A stretch of 64,000 nt of DNA from Patescibacteria group bacterium (GTDB lineage: Bacteria; Patescibacteriota; Patescibacteriia; Veblenbacterales; UBA10138). Positions 31,573 to 42,006 of this stretch are shown here, in pieces. Both the position numbers and the translations under genes were made by a program. Numbering within the stretch: the first letter of the stretch is position 1; every line of letters starts with the position of its first letter. The stretch spans positions 218,804 to 282,803 of the forward strand of contig JAHITT010000006.1 in the NCBI GenBank assembly GCA_018817715.1, read 5' to 3'. The notes beneath the pieces were generated by a model. It made no database searches. It saw only the letters and a program-made list of their open reading frames with translations, and had not been told where the DNA came from.

Positions 31573-32250
31573 TTAATGGTTTCCTTCTATAACAATAACA
31601 AATTCTCCCTTAGTCGACGAATTTTTTAACTGCTCTATTATTGCAGCGGCTGAACCGCGATAAATAGTTTCAAACATTTTGGTTAATTCACGGCCGACCA
31701 CCAACTGCCTATCCGGCATTATTTCCTGCAAAGCTGTTAAAGCTTTGATAATACGATGAGTGGATTCAAAAAAAACAATTACTGACGAATAATTTTTTAA
31801 TTCTTTAAAAAAAGTCTGCCGACCTTTTTTGTGAGGTGGCCAACCCAAAAAAATATAAGATTGAGTGTTAAAACCGCAAACTGACAAAATAGTTGTAACA
31901 GCCGAAGGTCCGGGAATCGGTATTACTTTTAATCCTTGGGCGGTGGCAGCGGCCACTAGCTGTCCACCTGGATCCGCTATCCCCGGCGTACCCGCATCGC
32001 TGGCATAAGATAAAATATCGCCCGCTTGCAAACGCTTAATTATTTCCTCTGTTTTACCAGCAGATGAATGATGGTGCCAACTCAACAACGGTTTGTTTAT
32101 TCCGTAATGATTTAATAATTTCTTAGTTACTCGAGTATCCTCACAAATAACAGCGGACGAAGCGGTTAATAACTTAAGAGCCCGAGCCGATATATCATCT
32201 AAATTACCTATAGGAGTGGCTACCAAATAAAGTGTACCAGCCATAACCAT
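31573..32250 (-). CDS. rsmI: 16S rRNA (cytidine1402-2'-O)-methyltransferase RsmI
   Basis: LYLVATPIGNLDDISARALKLL...VICEDTRVTKKLL, tetrapyrrole-methylase fold, RsmI N-terminus. Confidence 0.8.
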   Translation of the reverse strand: MVMAGTLYLVATPIGNLDDISARALKLLTASSAVICEDTRVTKKLLNHYGINKPLLSWHHHSSAGKTEEIIKRLQAGDILSYASDAGTPGIADPGGQLVAAATAQGLKVIPIPGPSAVTTILSVCGFNTQSYIFLGWPPHKKGRQTFFKELKNYSSVIVFFESTHRIIKALTALQEIMPDRQLVVGRELTKMFETIYRGSAAAIIEQLKNSSTKGEFVIVIEGNH

Positions 32251-32258
32251 AGTAAATT

Positions 32259-33344
32259 TTAAACCTGCCCCTCAGCTTCAACTTTTTTGGCGGCCGCCCG
32301 CTTATCAAAAACATCAGAAAATATTAAAGCGCCAATCGTAGCCAAAGGAATGGAAATTATAGCACCCATTACACCACCTAAATTAAAACCAACCATAATA
32401 ACCAGAATTGATACTATGGGGTTAAGACCAACCGACCGCTTCATTATCGTAGGCACAATAATATTATTTTCTAATTGTTGAACTATGATATAAAGAACCA
32501 AAACCATTAAAGCTTGAATAGGTGACACAGCCAAAGCAATAAAAACAGCCGGAATACCGCCTAAAATAGGCCCTAAATATGGAACAATCTCGGTTAAACC
32601 AGCCCAAAAGGCCAACACCAAAGCATATTGCATTACTGAACTAGACAAACCAATAAAATTCAAAATCCAAAATCCAAAATAAGTCATTAAACCGATTATT
32701 AACATTAGTAGTAATTGTCCGCGCAACCAGGCGCTCACCTTTACCCTAATGCGATTTATTAAATCAGCTGCGTAAGCTTGTTTAGCTTGAGGTGTAACAG
32801 AATAGATAAAACGTCGTAAACCCTGCTCATCAACTATTAAATAAAAAGTTATTACCAAAGCTATAATAAATTGAGCTAAACCGCCGAATAAACCAGCTAC
32901 AGAAGATAACACTGAATTAGTGCCGCTAGCCAAAGTTGAACCTAATGATTGCAAAGCTTGCTGCAGAGCAGCAGCCACTTCGTCATGACTATTAGTTTGC
33001 AAAGCCGCCAAACCAGAAGCAATTTTATTATAGTAATAAGGAAAACTGCCAGCTAATTGAGTAAGTTGAGTAACTAAGGCTGGTACCAATAATAAAACTC
33101 CCAAAGAAATTATGGATAATAAAGCAATATAAATTATTACCACGCCTAAAGACCGAGGTACGCGATAACGATTCATCCAATCAACCCAAGGATCCAGAGC
33201 TGTTGACAAAACAATCGACAAAAGAATAATGCCTAAAATATCCAATACTTGATAAAAAACGTAAATCAAAAAAACTACCAAAACTATCCGCCATAAGGAC
33301 ATAAAAGATATATCTATAGTTCTTCCTTCGTTGATTGCTGTCAT
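32259..33344 (-). CDS. AI-2E family transporter (UPF0118 permease)
   Basis: 361 aa, about 8 TM helices with the characteristic N-terminal ...LDPWVDWMNRYRVPRSLGVVII block. Confidence 0.65.
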   Translation of the reverse strand: MTAINEGRTIDISFMSLWRIVLVVFLIYVFYQVLDILGIILLSIVLSTALDPWVDWMNRYRVPRSLGVVIIYIALLSIISLGVLLLVPALVTQLTQLAGSFPYYYNKIASGLAALQTNSHDEVAAALQQALQSLGSTLASGTNSVLSSVAGLFGGLAQFIIALVITFYLIVDEQGLRRFIYSVTPQAKQAYAADLINRIRVKVSAWLRGQLLLMLIIGLMTYFGFWILNFIGLSSSVMQYALVLAFWAGLTEIVPYLGPILGGIPAVFIALAVSPIQALMVLVLYIIVQQLENNIIVPTIMKRSVGLNPIVSILVIMVGFNLGGVMGAIISIPLATIGALIFSDVFDKRAAAKKVEAEGQV

Positions 33345-33361
33345 AAAATTATCGGTTAAAT

Positions 33362-34630
33362 TTAAACAAAATATTTTAACATTTTTTGGCTTGATTTAAA
33401 CGGCCCAATCAAAGCCAAAGTTAAACGCTTAAAATCAATTATTTTAAAGGCTGCTCTCTTAATATCCATAGTAGTCACTGCGTCGAATTCACGCAAATAA
33501 TCCGGCCAAGTTTTTAAACTGTTTTCTAACAAATATTGGTGAGCCGACCACTCAGCCTGACGAGCCGAGTTTTCCATTAATAAAGTAATACTGCCCTTAC
33601 CATACTCTTTAGCCTTGTTTAATTCTGCTTGGCTAACACCTTTTTTTAAAACTAACTCTAATTCTTCTTTTATTAAAGTTAGAGCTTTAGATAAACGACT
33701 TTTATCCAAACCGGCCATAATAGCAAATACCCCAGTATTATGATAGCGTTCCAGGTCCGTCCTAATGGAATAACACAAACCTTCTTGTTCCCGTAAACGC
33801 ATAAATAACCGAGAACTCATGTTACCGCCCATAATAACCGATAACAGCTTAACAGCTGGTAATAATTTGTGACCAGCGCCCACGGAAGGAAAGCCCAAAG
33901 CCAGCTGGACCTGGGCTGTTTCTTTGTAATTAACCGACCAACGTGGCGAGCTATAATTAGGCTTAAAATTATTATAAACCACTTTTTTCCCTTGGGCCGA
34001 TAAATGATTCAAATTGTCAGCCAACATTTTTTTTAAATTAGATGGCAAACGACCAGCTACTACTACCACCATGTTTCTAGGATTATAATTAGTCTGCCAA
34101 TAATTCACCAACTGCCGACGATTCAGATCATTCACTGATTCTTTACTACCACTTACCAAAGGCGCCAAACTAGAACCCTTAAATAATTCCTGCTCTAATA
34201 CGTCACCTATAAACATAATGGGATTATCTTGGTACATGTTTATTTCTTCAGCCACCACTTTTTTTTCTTTAACCAATTCCGCTGATTCAAAAATAGGACG
34301 AGTTATCATATCAGCCTGTACTTTCAAAGCCAAGGGTAAATGTTGGGCAGCAGTTTTAATATAATAACCAGTATATTCCTTACCAGTAAAAGCATTATAT
34401 TCCGCGCCCACACTGTCCAAAACCTGAGTTAAATCTCGCGCCGTTGGATAATTTTTAGAACCCTTAAATAACATATGCTCCAACAAATGCGACAAACCCT
34501 GCTGATTTTTAGTTTCCAAACGGGAACCGGCTTTTACCATTGTCAAAACAGTGGTGGTGGCTGTACCCGACATCGGTGCCAACAAAATAGGTAAACCGTT
34601 TTTTAAACGGCTGTATTTTAATAAAGCCAT
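33362..34630 (-). CDS. M16-family zinc peptidase (insulinase-like)
   Basis: Inverted zinc motif HLLEHMLFKGS (HxxEH) plus downstream Glu block. 422 aa. Confidence 0.8.
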   Translation of the reverse strand: MALLKYSRLKNGLPILLAPMSGTATTTVLTMVKAGSRLETKNQQGLSHLLEHMLFKGSKNYPTARDLTQVLDSVGAEYNAFTGKEYTGYYIKTAAQHLPLALKVQADMITRPIFESAELVKEKKVVAEEINMYQDNPIMFIGDVLEQELFKGSSLAPLVSGSKESVNDLNRRQLVNYWQTNYNPRNMVVVVAGRLPSNLKKMLADNLNHLSAQGKKVVYNNFKPNYSSPRWSVNYKETAQVQLALGFPSVGAGHKLLPAVKLLSVIMGGNMSSRLFMRLREQEGLCYSIRTDLERYHNTGVFAIMAGLDKSRLSKALTLIKEELELVLKKGVSQAELNKAKEYGKGSITLLMENSARQAEWSAHQYLLENSLKTWPDYLREFDAVTTMDIKRAAFKIIDFKRLTLALIGPFKSSQKMLKYFV

Positions 34631-34633
34631 AAA

Positions 34634-36043
34634 TTAACTAACCAATTTGGCTTTTAAATAATCAACTAATTTTTCCAAAGTAATTCTCTCCTGCTTCATA
34701 TTGTCCCTTTCTCTAACAGTTACCGCCCGATCTTGCAAAGATTCAAAATCAATAGTAACACAATAAGGCGTACCTATTTCATCTTGCCGGCGGTAACGTT
34801 TGCCAATGGATTGTGTTTCATCGTACTCTACCCGAAAATTAGGCCTTAATAAGTTTTCAATTTCCTGACTCAAAGGAGCCAGCTCCGTATTTTTAGAAAG
34901 AGGTAAAATAGCCACCTCAATCGGAGCTAAAGACACTGGTAATTTAAGAACAATTCTGGTTTCTGTAACGCCTTCTTTAGTTGTAGGCACTTCCTCTTCA
35001 CAATAAGCTTCTAATAAAGTCACTAAAACAGTTCTCTCTAAACCCATAGAAGGCTCAACCACATGCGGCATTAAACTTACCTTAGTCACCGGATCGGTAT
35101 AAGTTAAATCTTGATTGGCATGTTTAGCATGCTGGGATAAATCATAATCCGTCCGGTAAGCTAGCCCATAAAGCTCCTTTAAACCAAAAGGATAATGATA
35201 TTCAATATCTACCGTACGTTTGGAATAATGTGCTCTTTCACCATCTTCTATTTCATGAAAAACCAACTTATCAGACCGAACGCCTAAAAACTTTAACCAA
35301 TCTTTCATAACCTCAAGCCATCTGTCAAAAGCTTCGGCCCAATCTTGAGGATTCACAAAATATTCTAATTCCATTATTTCAAACTCCCGGGTTCTAAAAA
35401 TCCAATTACCGGGCGTTATTTCATTACGAAAAGCCTTACCTTGTTGAGCTATACCAAAAGGTAATTTTTTTCTTAAAGTCTGCTGAATAATTTTAAAATC
35501 AGTAAACATACCAGCCGCTAATTCCGGGCGCAAATAAACTTCCGTACCTTCTTCGGCTACCGGACCCATATTGGTTTTAAACATTAAATTAAACTGCCGA
35601 ACTGCTGTTAAATCGCCATTGCACTCCGGGCACTTAATATCCGACCATTCCACTGGCTTTTCTTTACTATAACCTGGCTCCAAACTTTTACCTTCTAACA
35701 AATTATCAGCCCTAAAACGCTTTCGGCATTTTTTACAATCCACTAAAGGATCCGTAAAATTCTGCAAATGTCCCGAAGCTTCCCAAACTTGGCTATTCAT
35801 TATGATACTACTCTCTAAAAAAACCATATCGGCCTGTGAATAAACAAAATGTTTAAGCCAGGCCTGACGAATGTTATTTTTTAAAATCGCGCCGTAATGT
35901 CCCCAATCCCAACTATTAGCCAGTCCACCGTAAAGCTCGCTACCGGCAAAAATAATGCTCCGCTGTTTACAAAGCTGCATTACTTTATCTAACAAATTAC
36001 TATCCTTTACCTTTTGATTATTAACCATAAAAATATCCGCCAA
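34634..36043 (-). CDS. glyQS: Glycine--tRNA ligase (alpha2 dimeric type)
   Basis: 469 aa, class II motifs (FAGSELYGGLANSWDWGHYG..., RPELAAGMFTDFK, GLERTVLVTLLEAY). Single-chain eukaryote/archaeal-type GlyRS. Confidence 0.9.
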   Translation of the reverse strand: MADIFMVNNQKVKDSNLLDKVMQLCKQRSIIFAGSELYGGLANSWDWGHYGAILKNNIRQAWLKHFVYSQADMVFLESSIIMNSQVWEASGHLQNFTDPLVDCKKCRKRFRADNLLEGKSLEPGYSKEKPVEWSDIKCPECNGDLTAVRQFNLMFKTNMGPVAEEGTEVYLRPELAAGMFTDFKIIQQTLRKKLPFGIAQQGKAFRNEITPGNWIFRTREFEIMELEYFVNPQDWAEAFDRWLEVMKDWLKFLGVRSDKLVFHEIEDGERAHYSKRTVDIEYHYPFGLKELYGLAYRTDYDLSQHAKHANQDLTYTDPVTKVSLMPHVVEPSMGLERTVLVTLLEAYCEEEVPTTKEGVTETRIVLKLPVSLAPIEVAILPLSKNTELAPLSQEIENLLRPNFRVEYDETQSIGKRYRRQDEIGTPYCVTIDFESLQDRAVTVRERDNMKQERITLEKLVDYLKAKLVS

Positions 36044-36368
36044 CTAATGTGAATTATGGCTATACTGTAATAGATTTTCAGCCTTTTGGCAAGTTAATAA
36101 ATTTTCAAATCACTTTTTTAAAACTCTCGTTTTAATCAAAATTTAAACCCAATTTAAAAATCAAAATATTAGTCAAAATAAACAAATAATATATACACCA
36201 ATAACGTAATTATTATAAAAAGTACCTATTAAGAATCTGCTCTTAAAGGATACTTTTTGTGTATGCCAATCTGTTTATTTAGCCATAATTCATAAATTAC
36301 GGTCAATATTTTGCCACATGGAATAAACTGCCTTAGTTTATAATTCTTAATTAAAAATTTTACTTCCC

Positions 36369-39002
36369 TTACAACTCCACGCCTTTTTCCACTCGGACTA
36401 CGCCGCCCGGCTCCAGTACCACCACATCACGACGACGTAATTTACCAGTTAATAGATATTTAGCCAACGCACTATCCACATTATCTTGAATAGCCCGCTT
36501 TAAAGGACGAGCACCATATAACGGATCAAAACCTTTCTTGGCTAATTCTTTAATTGCTTCGGGTGTAGCCTTAAGACGAATATTTTTAACCTCTAACTGT
36601 TTGGCTAATTTATTAAGAAGTAAAACAGTAACTTTCTCAATCTCCTCTAGACTTAAAGGTTTAAAAACGACTATAGCATCAAAACGATTCAAAAATTCCG
36701 GCCTAAAATAATCTTTTAACTTTTGGCGCACCAACTGCTCCCGAATTTCTGCCAAAGATTGTCCAGCGCCCAAGCTATCTTGTATAAATTCCGTACCAGC
36801 ATTAGAAGTGGCAATAATTATAGCATTACTAAAATCCACTAAACGACCATTAGCATCTTTAACCCGACCTTCGTCCAAAATCTGTAAAAAAATATTAAGC
36901 ACATCGGGATGAGCTTTTTCTAATTCATCCAACAACAACAAACAATAAGGATTCCGCCTAATACTTTCCGTAAGATACCCTTCACCTTTCTTACCCTGCG
37001 GAGCGCCTAATAACAAATGAATACTATCCGAAGCTTGATACTCCGACATATCTAATCTAACCATTTCTTTATCACTACCAAAGTATTCACCAGTAACTAC
37101 CTTGGCCAATTCAGTTTTTCCCACACCAGTCGGCCCCAAAAATAAGAAAGAGGCTACCGGTTTTTTATCGTCCCGCAGATTAACCCTGGCCCGACGCAAA
37201 GCTTCGGCTACCAAACGCACCGCCTCGTCTTGACCAATAATTTTACGATGCAATATTTCTTCCAAATTAATTAATTTGGCGCTTTCTTGTTCTGTTACCT
37301 GAGTTAAGGGCACATGAATCTTACCGGCTAATAAACTGGCAATATCCTCACCTTTAATGATTGATTTTTTACCACGTTGCTCCCTAATAAAAACCGCTGT
37401 TTCATCACATAAACTCATAGCCTTTTCTGGTAAGCGCCGGTCGGGCAAATAACGCTTGGTCAACTTAACAGCCGTTTCCAAAGCGCCATAACTAAAATAA
37501 ACTTGGTGTTTATTTTCTAAACGAGGCACATATGATTCCAAAACCTGTATAGCCTCATCATCCTCTTGTTCATTAACTTCTATTTTTTGCAAGACTTGTC
37601 CTAAGGCACTATCTTCAAAATTATTATTCCAATCAGTCTGACCAATGGTCGCCACCACCAGTAAACCATATTTAGTAATAGCGTTAGCCATCATATCAGC
37701 CAAACTAACCGCTTCCGACCCTTGGCTAGTAGACCCCAACAACTGCCCAATATTTTCCACCACTAAAACAATATTACCAGCATGAACTGCCTCCATTAAA
37801 GCCTGCCATAAACGTTGAGCCGCTTGATCAGCTGAAGTATTGCCCAAAAGTTGTGGTAAAGATAAGGTAACCAACCTTTTATCTCGCAAAATAGGTGGCA
37901 CCTCATCCGCCGCCATAGCTTGAGCCAAACCTTCCAACAAAGAAGTTTTGCCAACTCCAGGATCACCAGTTAAAACAACGCTATGCGACCCGCCTTCTAT
38001 TAAACGGTATATTTCCTCCACTTCTTTTTCCCGACCAACACAAGGGGCTAAATAACCTTGAGCGGCTAAATAGGTTAAATCCCTACCTAAATAATTCAAC
38101 AAGGGCGTAGCCACAGCCAAATAAGCCCTGTCCAAAGATTTTTTAGGTCTTAAACCAGCTAACTTCAACTGCCTTTGTCTTAATAATCTTAAGCGGCGCC
38201 GTAAGCTAAACCAAGCTGTAATATTAATAATTGATTGAGTAGTTACTGACATTTCTTCCCAAACATCACGGATATTACTTTCGCTTTGCGATAAAGCCAC
38301 TAACAATTCCGTAACCTCTATTCGCCGACTGTGTCTAGTCAGGGCTAAAGTAGTGGCGGCCTGCCAAACTTTTAAACTATCAGCTGACAAACCAACCGCC
38401 TTGGAACCAGCAGTCGGACAATCATTTAAAACTTTTTTTAAAACAGATACAAATTTTACATTATCTAAACCTAAACGTCCTAACACCCGACCAGTCGTTG
38501 AATCCTCCAGCGCCCCAGCTAAAAAATGAATCGGCTCTACTTGCGAATGTTTTAATTTACCAGCATAGCGATAGGCTTTTTCCATAACACGCCAACAACC
38601 TTCACTTAAATATTTATCAACTTCTATTAAACTGGCCGAGGCTGGCAAAACTGGATACCAAGTATTTTCTCTGTCTATCCTGTACCAAACGTAACAAAAT
38701 AACAAAATAGCCGCCCAAAAAAACTTAGCGCCAGTAGCCGGTGGCAATATAATTTGCCAACTAATATAACCAACAACAGCAATAATCGATTGTAAAAAAA
38801 ATCCCAAACAAACTAAAGCGGCTAATAAAATTAATAAAACAACCAGACGATAAATTAAAATCTTCCAACGCCGGACTGTTAAAGCGTTCAAGTTATAATT
38901 TTTTTGCCAGATTATTTCTAAAACAGACATAATTAAATTAACAACCAATAAAAGGAAACGGGTAACAGTAAAAGCCAAAGTAATATCAATAACAAATACC
39001 AA
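36369..39002 (-). CDS. Clp/Hsp100-family double AAA+ ATPase with N-terminal transmembrane extension (start uncertain)
   Basis: Clp-N-like repeat region (MEKAYRYAGKLKHSQVEPIHFLAGAL...), NBD1 Walker A VLTGDPGVGKTS, NBD2 Walker A FLGPTGVGKTELAK, Walker B LLLLDELEKAH, sensor-2 GARPLKRAIQ. No IGF/L ClpP-docking loop seen. The first approx. 120 codons of the track ORF are hydrophobic (3-4 predicted TM helices). Confidence 0.8.
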   Translation of the reverse strand: MVFVIDITLAFTVTRFLLLVVNLIMSVLEIIWQKNYNLNALTVRRWKILIYRLVVLLILLAALVCLGFFLQSIIAVVGYISWQIILPPATGAKFFWAAILLFCYVWYRIDRENTWYPVLPASASLIEVDKYLSEGCWRVMEKAYRYAGKLKHSQVEPIHFLAGALEDSTTGRVLGRLGLDNVKFVSVLKKVLNDCPTAGSKAVGLSADSLKVWQAATTLALTRHSRRIEVTELLVALSQSESNIRDVWEEMSVTTQSIINITAWFSLRRRLRLLRQRQLKLAGLRPKKSLDRAYLAVATPLLNYLGRDLTYLAAQGYLAPCVGREKEVEEIYRLIEGGSHSVVLTGDPGVGKTSLLEGLAQAMAADEVPPILRDKRLVTLSLPQLLGNTSADQAAQRLWQALMEAVHAGNIVLVVENIGQLLGSTSQGSEAVSLADMMANAITKYGLLVVATIGQTDWNNNFEDSALGQVLQKIEVNEQEDDEAIQVLESYVPRLENKHQVYFSYGALETAVKLTKRYLPDRRLPEKAMSLCDETAVFIREQRGKKSIIKGEDIASLLAGKIHVPLTQVTEQESAKLINLEEILHRKIIGQDEAVRLVAEALRRARVNLRDDKKPVASFLFLGPTGVGKTELAKVVTGEYFGSDKEMVRLDMSEYQASDSIHLLLGAPQGKKGEGYLTESIRRNPYCLLLLDELEKAHPDVLNIFLQILDEGRVKDANGRLVDFSNAIIIATSNAGTEFIQDSLGAGQSLAEIREQLVRQKLKDYFRPEFLNRFDAIVVFKPLSLEEIEKVTVLLLNKLAKQLEVKNIRLKATPEAIKELAKKGFDPLYGARPLKRAIQDNVDSALAKYLLTGKLRRRDVVVLEPGGVVRVEKGVEL

Positions 39003-39289
39003 ACCACTATAACAACCAAGCGGATAATCTTAACCAACAAAATTAAAAAACGAGCCAATAAACTGATTAATCGACCCTGCCAGGAATAATCTTGATACAT
39101 TGGCTTAAAAAAACTACGAACAAAAAGACCAAGGGCTAATTTTTGTCGATTAATCCTAAAAGATCTCCAACACCAAACTGCCACCTTAACCAAACCTTTT
39201 GAATACCACCAGACGGGAAAACGAATAACATCCAACAAAAATTCCAGCGGGATACTCATAAGTTGTCTAGCGGCCATATAATCTGCCAT
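38933..39289 (-). CDS. Hypothetical membrane protein overlapping the Clp-like gene start (possible upstream portion of the same gene via frameshift)
   Basis: 118 aa, strongly hydrophobic C-terminus (LLILLWLLLLPVSFYWLLI). Overlaps the next ORF by 70 nt in a different frame. T-rich DNA makes hydrophobic ORFs likely in all frames, so confidence is low. Confidence 0.3.
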   Translation of the reverse strand: MADYMAARQLMSIPLEFLLDVIRFPVWWYSKGLVKVAVWCWRSFRINRQKLALGLFVRSFFKPMYQDYSWQGRLISLLARFLILLVKIIRLVVIVVWYLLLILLWLLLLPVSFYWLLI

Positions 39290-39361
39290 ATGTTTCAGTG
39301 TAACTAGTTTTATACCTCAAACTAATAAATTTTATTATTTCTTTAATCTTGATTTTTAATT

Positions 39362-41263
39362 TTATCTAACTACTACCCCCTTACCTTGAGCAGCCAAATC
39401 ATCTTCTAAATCAGTTGTAACTAATTTACTAGTGGCTATAACATCGGCTCCAGAAAAAGAATCCCGCCCGCTAGCTGTGCTAGTTTTAATAAGTACTAAT
39501 ATTTTATCAGCATCATACTCAGCCGGTGTCACAGCCACCTCAAACGAAGCCTCTGGCGCTGGTGATATATTTCCCGCCCAAGCTACTACCTTATCCAATC
39601 GCCAACTTACTTCTCGAGTATTCGGATTATAAGCCACATTACCTAAACTAGCCGTTGTTTGGCCGGTCCAACTAACACCTAAAGGTAAGGTAGCGGTTAT
39701 TTCCGCTTTTTCTAAATCATTAAGGCTGTTGTTTAAACGCCAAAATAAAACATAAGTGGTCGTTTGATTCACCTGAGGTGGTAAGGGTCCCGAACCTAAT
39801 TTAATAAGCTGGTCAGTATAATACCGCCCCTCAGCCGATAATTTTAAAACCGTATTAATTTTAGTGGTAATTACATTAGACTCAGATAAAACCGGCTGTA
39901 AATCTTTATCCCTTAACTGTTGTCCGGAAGCTTTAGCCTGGGTATTAAAACTAGCAGCTGTTCTTATGCCTGCTGGTAAAACCGATTTCAATTTTATACT
40001 CCATTTCAGAATAGCCCGACCGCCTGGCTGTAAAGCTTGTAAACTGGCTAATTCCCGTCCGGTCCAAACTATGGTTCCCTCGGCTCCCTCTGGCCGACCA
40101 CCGCCTTCATCCTTCAAAGTAAGCCAATCCAAATAATTACCATCTATTTTTATTTCTACATTAAGATCGGTTACCGGCTTATCACTTTCGTTGGCTAATA
40201 ATAATTGATAAGACATTTCCTGGCCTAAATCAGCCGAGCTTTTTAAAACTACATCGTTAACCGTTAGACTCACCTTAAGTTGCGGTTTAATAACGTTAAC
40301 TTCTAAAATTTTTTCTTCTTGAACTATAAACTCAGACTGTTGACCATTTACACCCACTGCCAAAGCAAAAGGTTGTTCGCCAGGTACAGCGCTTAAGGTA
40401 AAACGTCCTTTAAATTCCACAATTGATTCTTGATTAGGCTCTAAATCGGGTAACAACCAAACATTATTACTGTAATCAGTTTTAATTAATTCTGGAATAG
40501 TTAATTCAAAACCACCAGGCGAAACAAACCTAATTAATAAACCACCAATCTCTTCTGAAGAACTATTACGATAAGTGGCTTTAAACAAAGCTTCTTGATC
40601 CAAAACCAACTCTTTAGGACCGGTTACTTCTAAATTTATAACTGAAGCTATTAACTCCGTGCCAAAACTTAAACTTTTAGAATATTGCGCCCGAACATTA
40701 TCCGGCTCATAAGACAACAAAACTCCAAAATTTTTAGTTTCACCAACCTGACCAACTAATTGACCTTTTATAATTATTTCGCCTTTAGTTTTACCAGCAA
40801 TCGTTGGTAAAATAAAATTAGTTCCTCCTTCGTTAACCGCCATAGGTTCAGACGCCATAAAAGTAAAACCATCCGGATAGCGTAAGTTAATATCAATAGC
40901 TTTAAGACCAACTGTTTGGTTATTATTATAAGTTAAACGATATTCCACTGTTTGCCCGGAAGGCACAGCCGAAGGACCAATTAATGCAAAATCTATCGCT
41001 TCTTCACCAAATTTATCAGCCCCACTAAAAACAAAAAAACCCGCCACAGCTAAAACTAAAGCGGTTGTTAACAAACCAATTAAATACCACCAAAAACGAC
41101 GGCGCTTAGCTTCTTTTAAAGCCTCCGGCAAATCAACTTCTCCTGAGCGATTATAAAAATTACCTAAAGCCTGTTCAGCTTGTTTTAGGTCTTTAGCTTT
41201 GCTAATAGCCGACTGATTATCAGCTGGCGAGATGGTAAAATCGTTTACTCTACTAGGTTTCAT
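39362..41263 (-). CDS. Membrane-anchored surface protein with DUF11/CARDB-like repeat domains
   Basis: 633 aa. About 55-aa cytoplasmic N-terminus, a single TM anchor (WWYLIGLLTTALVLAVAGFFVF), then repeated approx. 100-aa beta-rich modules (e.g. ...VEYRLTYNNNQTVGLKAIDINLRYPDGF..., ...MSYQLLLANESDKPVTDLNVEIKIDG...) typical of DUF11 conserved-repeat cell-surface proteins. Confidence 0.6.
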   Translation of the reverse strand: MKPSRVNDFTISPADNQSAISKAKDLKQAEQALGNFYNRSGEVDLPEALKEAKRRRFWWYLIGLLTTALVLAVAGFFVFSGADKFGEEAIDFALIGPSAVPSGQTVEYRLTYNNNQTVGLKAIDINLRYPDGFTFMASEPMAVNEGGTNFILPTIAGKTKGEIIIKGQLVGQVGETKNFGVLLSYEPDNVRAQYSKSLSFGTELIASVINLEVTGPKELVLDQEALFKATYRNSSSEEIGGLLIRFVSPGGFELTIPELIKTDYSNNVWLLPDLEPNQESIVEFKGRFTLSAVPGEQPFALAVGVNGQQSEFIVQEEKILEVNVIKPQLKVSLTVNDVVLKSSADLGQEMSYQLLLANESDKPVTDLNVEIKIDGNYLDWLTLKDEGGGRPEGAEGTIVWTGRELASLQALQPGGRAILKWSIKLKSVLPAGIRTAASFNTQAKASGQQLRDKDLQPVLSESNVITTKINTVLKLSAEGRYYTDQLIKLGSGPLPPQVNQTTTYVLFWRLNNSLNDLEKAEITATLPLGVSWTGQTTASLGNVAYNPNTREVSWRLDKVVAWAGNISPAPEASFEVAVTPAEYDADKILVLIKTSTASGRDSFSGADVIATSKLVTTDLEDDLAAQGKGVVVR

Positions 41264-42005
41264 AGCGTAATAAATTACGTAACACTTTTAGTGTAGCAAT
41301 TTCTCGACCAACTTGGCCAGAAATATAATTAACTAAAAAAGGCAAAATGCCCGCCGCCGCCTTATCCTCAAAATTGGAATTATTACGACTAACCAGACCT
41401 TGTAAACCACTAACTGATAATAAAACATTTTTTTCTCCTTTACTTAAACAACTTTGATGATAAAAACCGTGCTGGACCCAGTTGTAAACTACTGGATTAA
41501 CCAATTCTTTTTTACATTTATCACAACGGCTTAAGGCCACAGCTAAACCTTGGTGCTTTAACAAATGTAAAATATAACCAGCTAAAAGTTCTTTAGCTGC
41601 CGGACGCCAAAGCTTAACTTGTTTAGGTAAATAACTAATTAATTTAAAATATTTTTCCAATAACTCCAAAAGATAAGGATCACTTTGTCCCGGCTCGGTA
41701 AAAATATCCACTAATTCTAAAAGAGTCTGGCTCAAAATTAAACTAGGTAAATAATAAGGTGGCTTTAAATAAATTTCTTCCAAGCGCACCGAAGCTAAAT
41801 GGTCGAATTGTTTACCATGCGCCCCCATTAAATAAATCTTATGACCCGGCCACAAATGTCCAGCCATTTTAGAAATAATTTTTTGGCTACCAGTGGCTAA
41901 TAAATTTATTTTTCCCTGCTTTTCGGTTAAAATCGTATAAAGCCTATCCCTTTCTTTAAAGGGTCGCATTTTAATAACAAAAGCAGAAGTTAAGTAAGTG
42001 GACAT
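41253..42005 (-). CDS. recO: DNA repair protein RecO
   Basis: 250 aa. N-terminal OB-fold region (AFVIKMRPFKERDRLYTILTEKQGKINLLATG), C-terminal Zn-finger-like CDKCKK...H..C. Confidence 0.65.
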   Translation of the reverse strand: MSTYLTSAFVIKMRPFKERDRLYTILTEKQGKINLLATGSQKIISKMAGHLWPGHKIYLMGAHGKQFDHLASVRLEEIYLKPPYYLPSLILSQTLLELVDIFTEPGQSDPYLLELLEKYFKLISYLPKQVKLWRPAAKELLAGYILHLLKHQGLAVALSRCDKCKKELVNPVVYNWVQHGFYHQSCLSKGEKNVLLSVSGLQGLVSRNNSNFEDKAAAGILPFLVNYISGQVGREIATLKVLRNLLRYET

Positions 42006-42006
42006 T

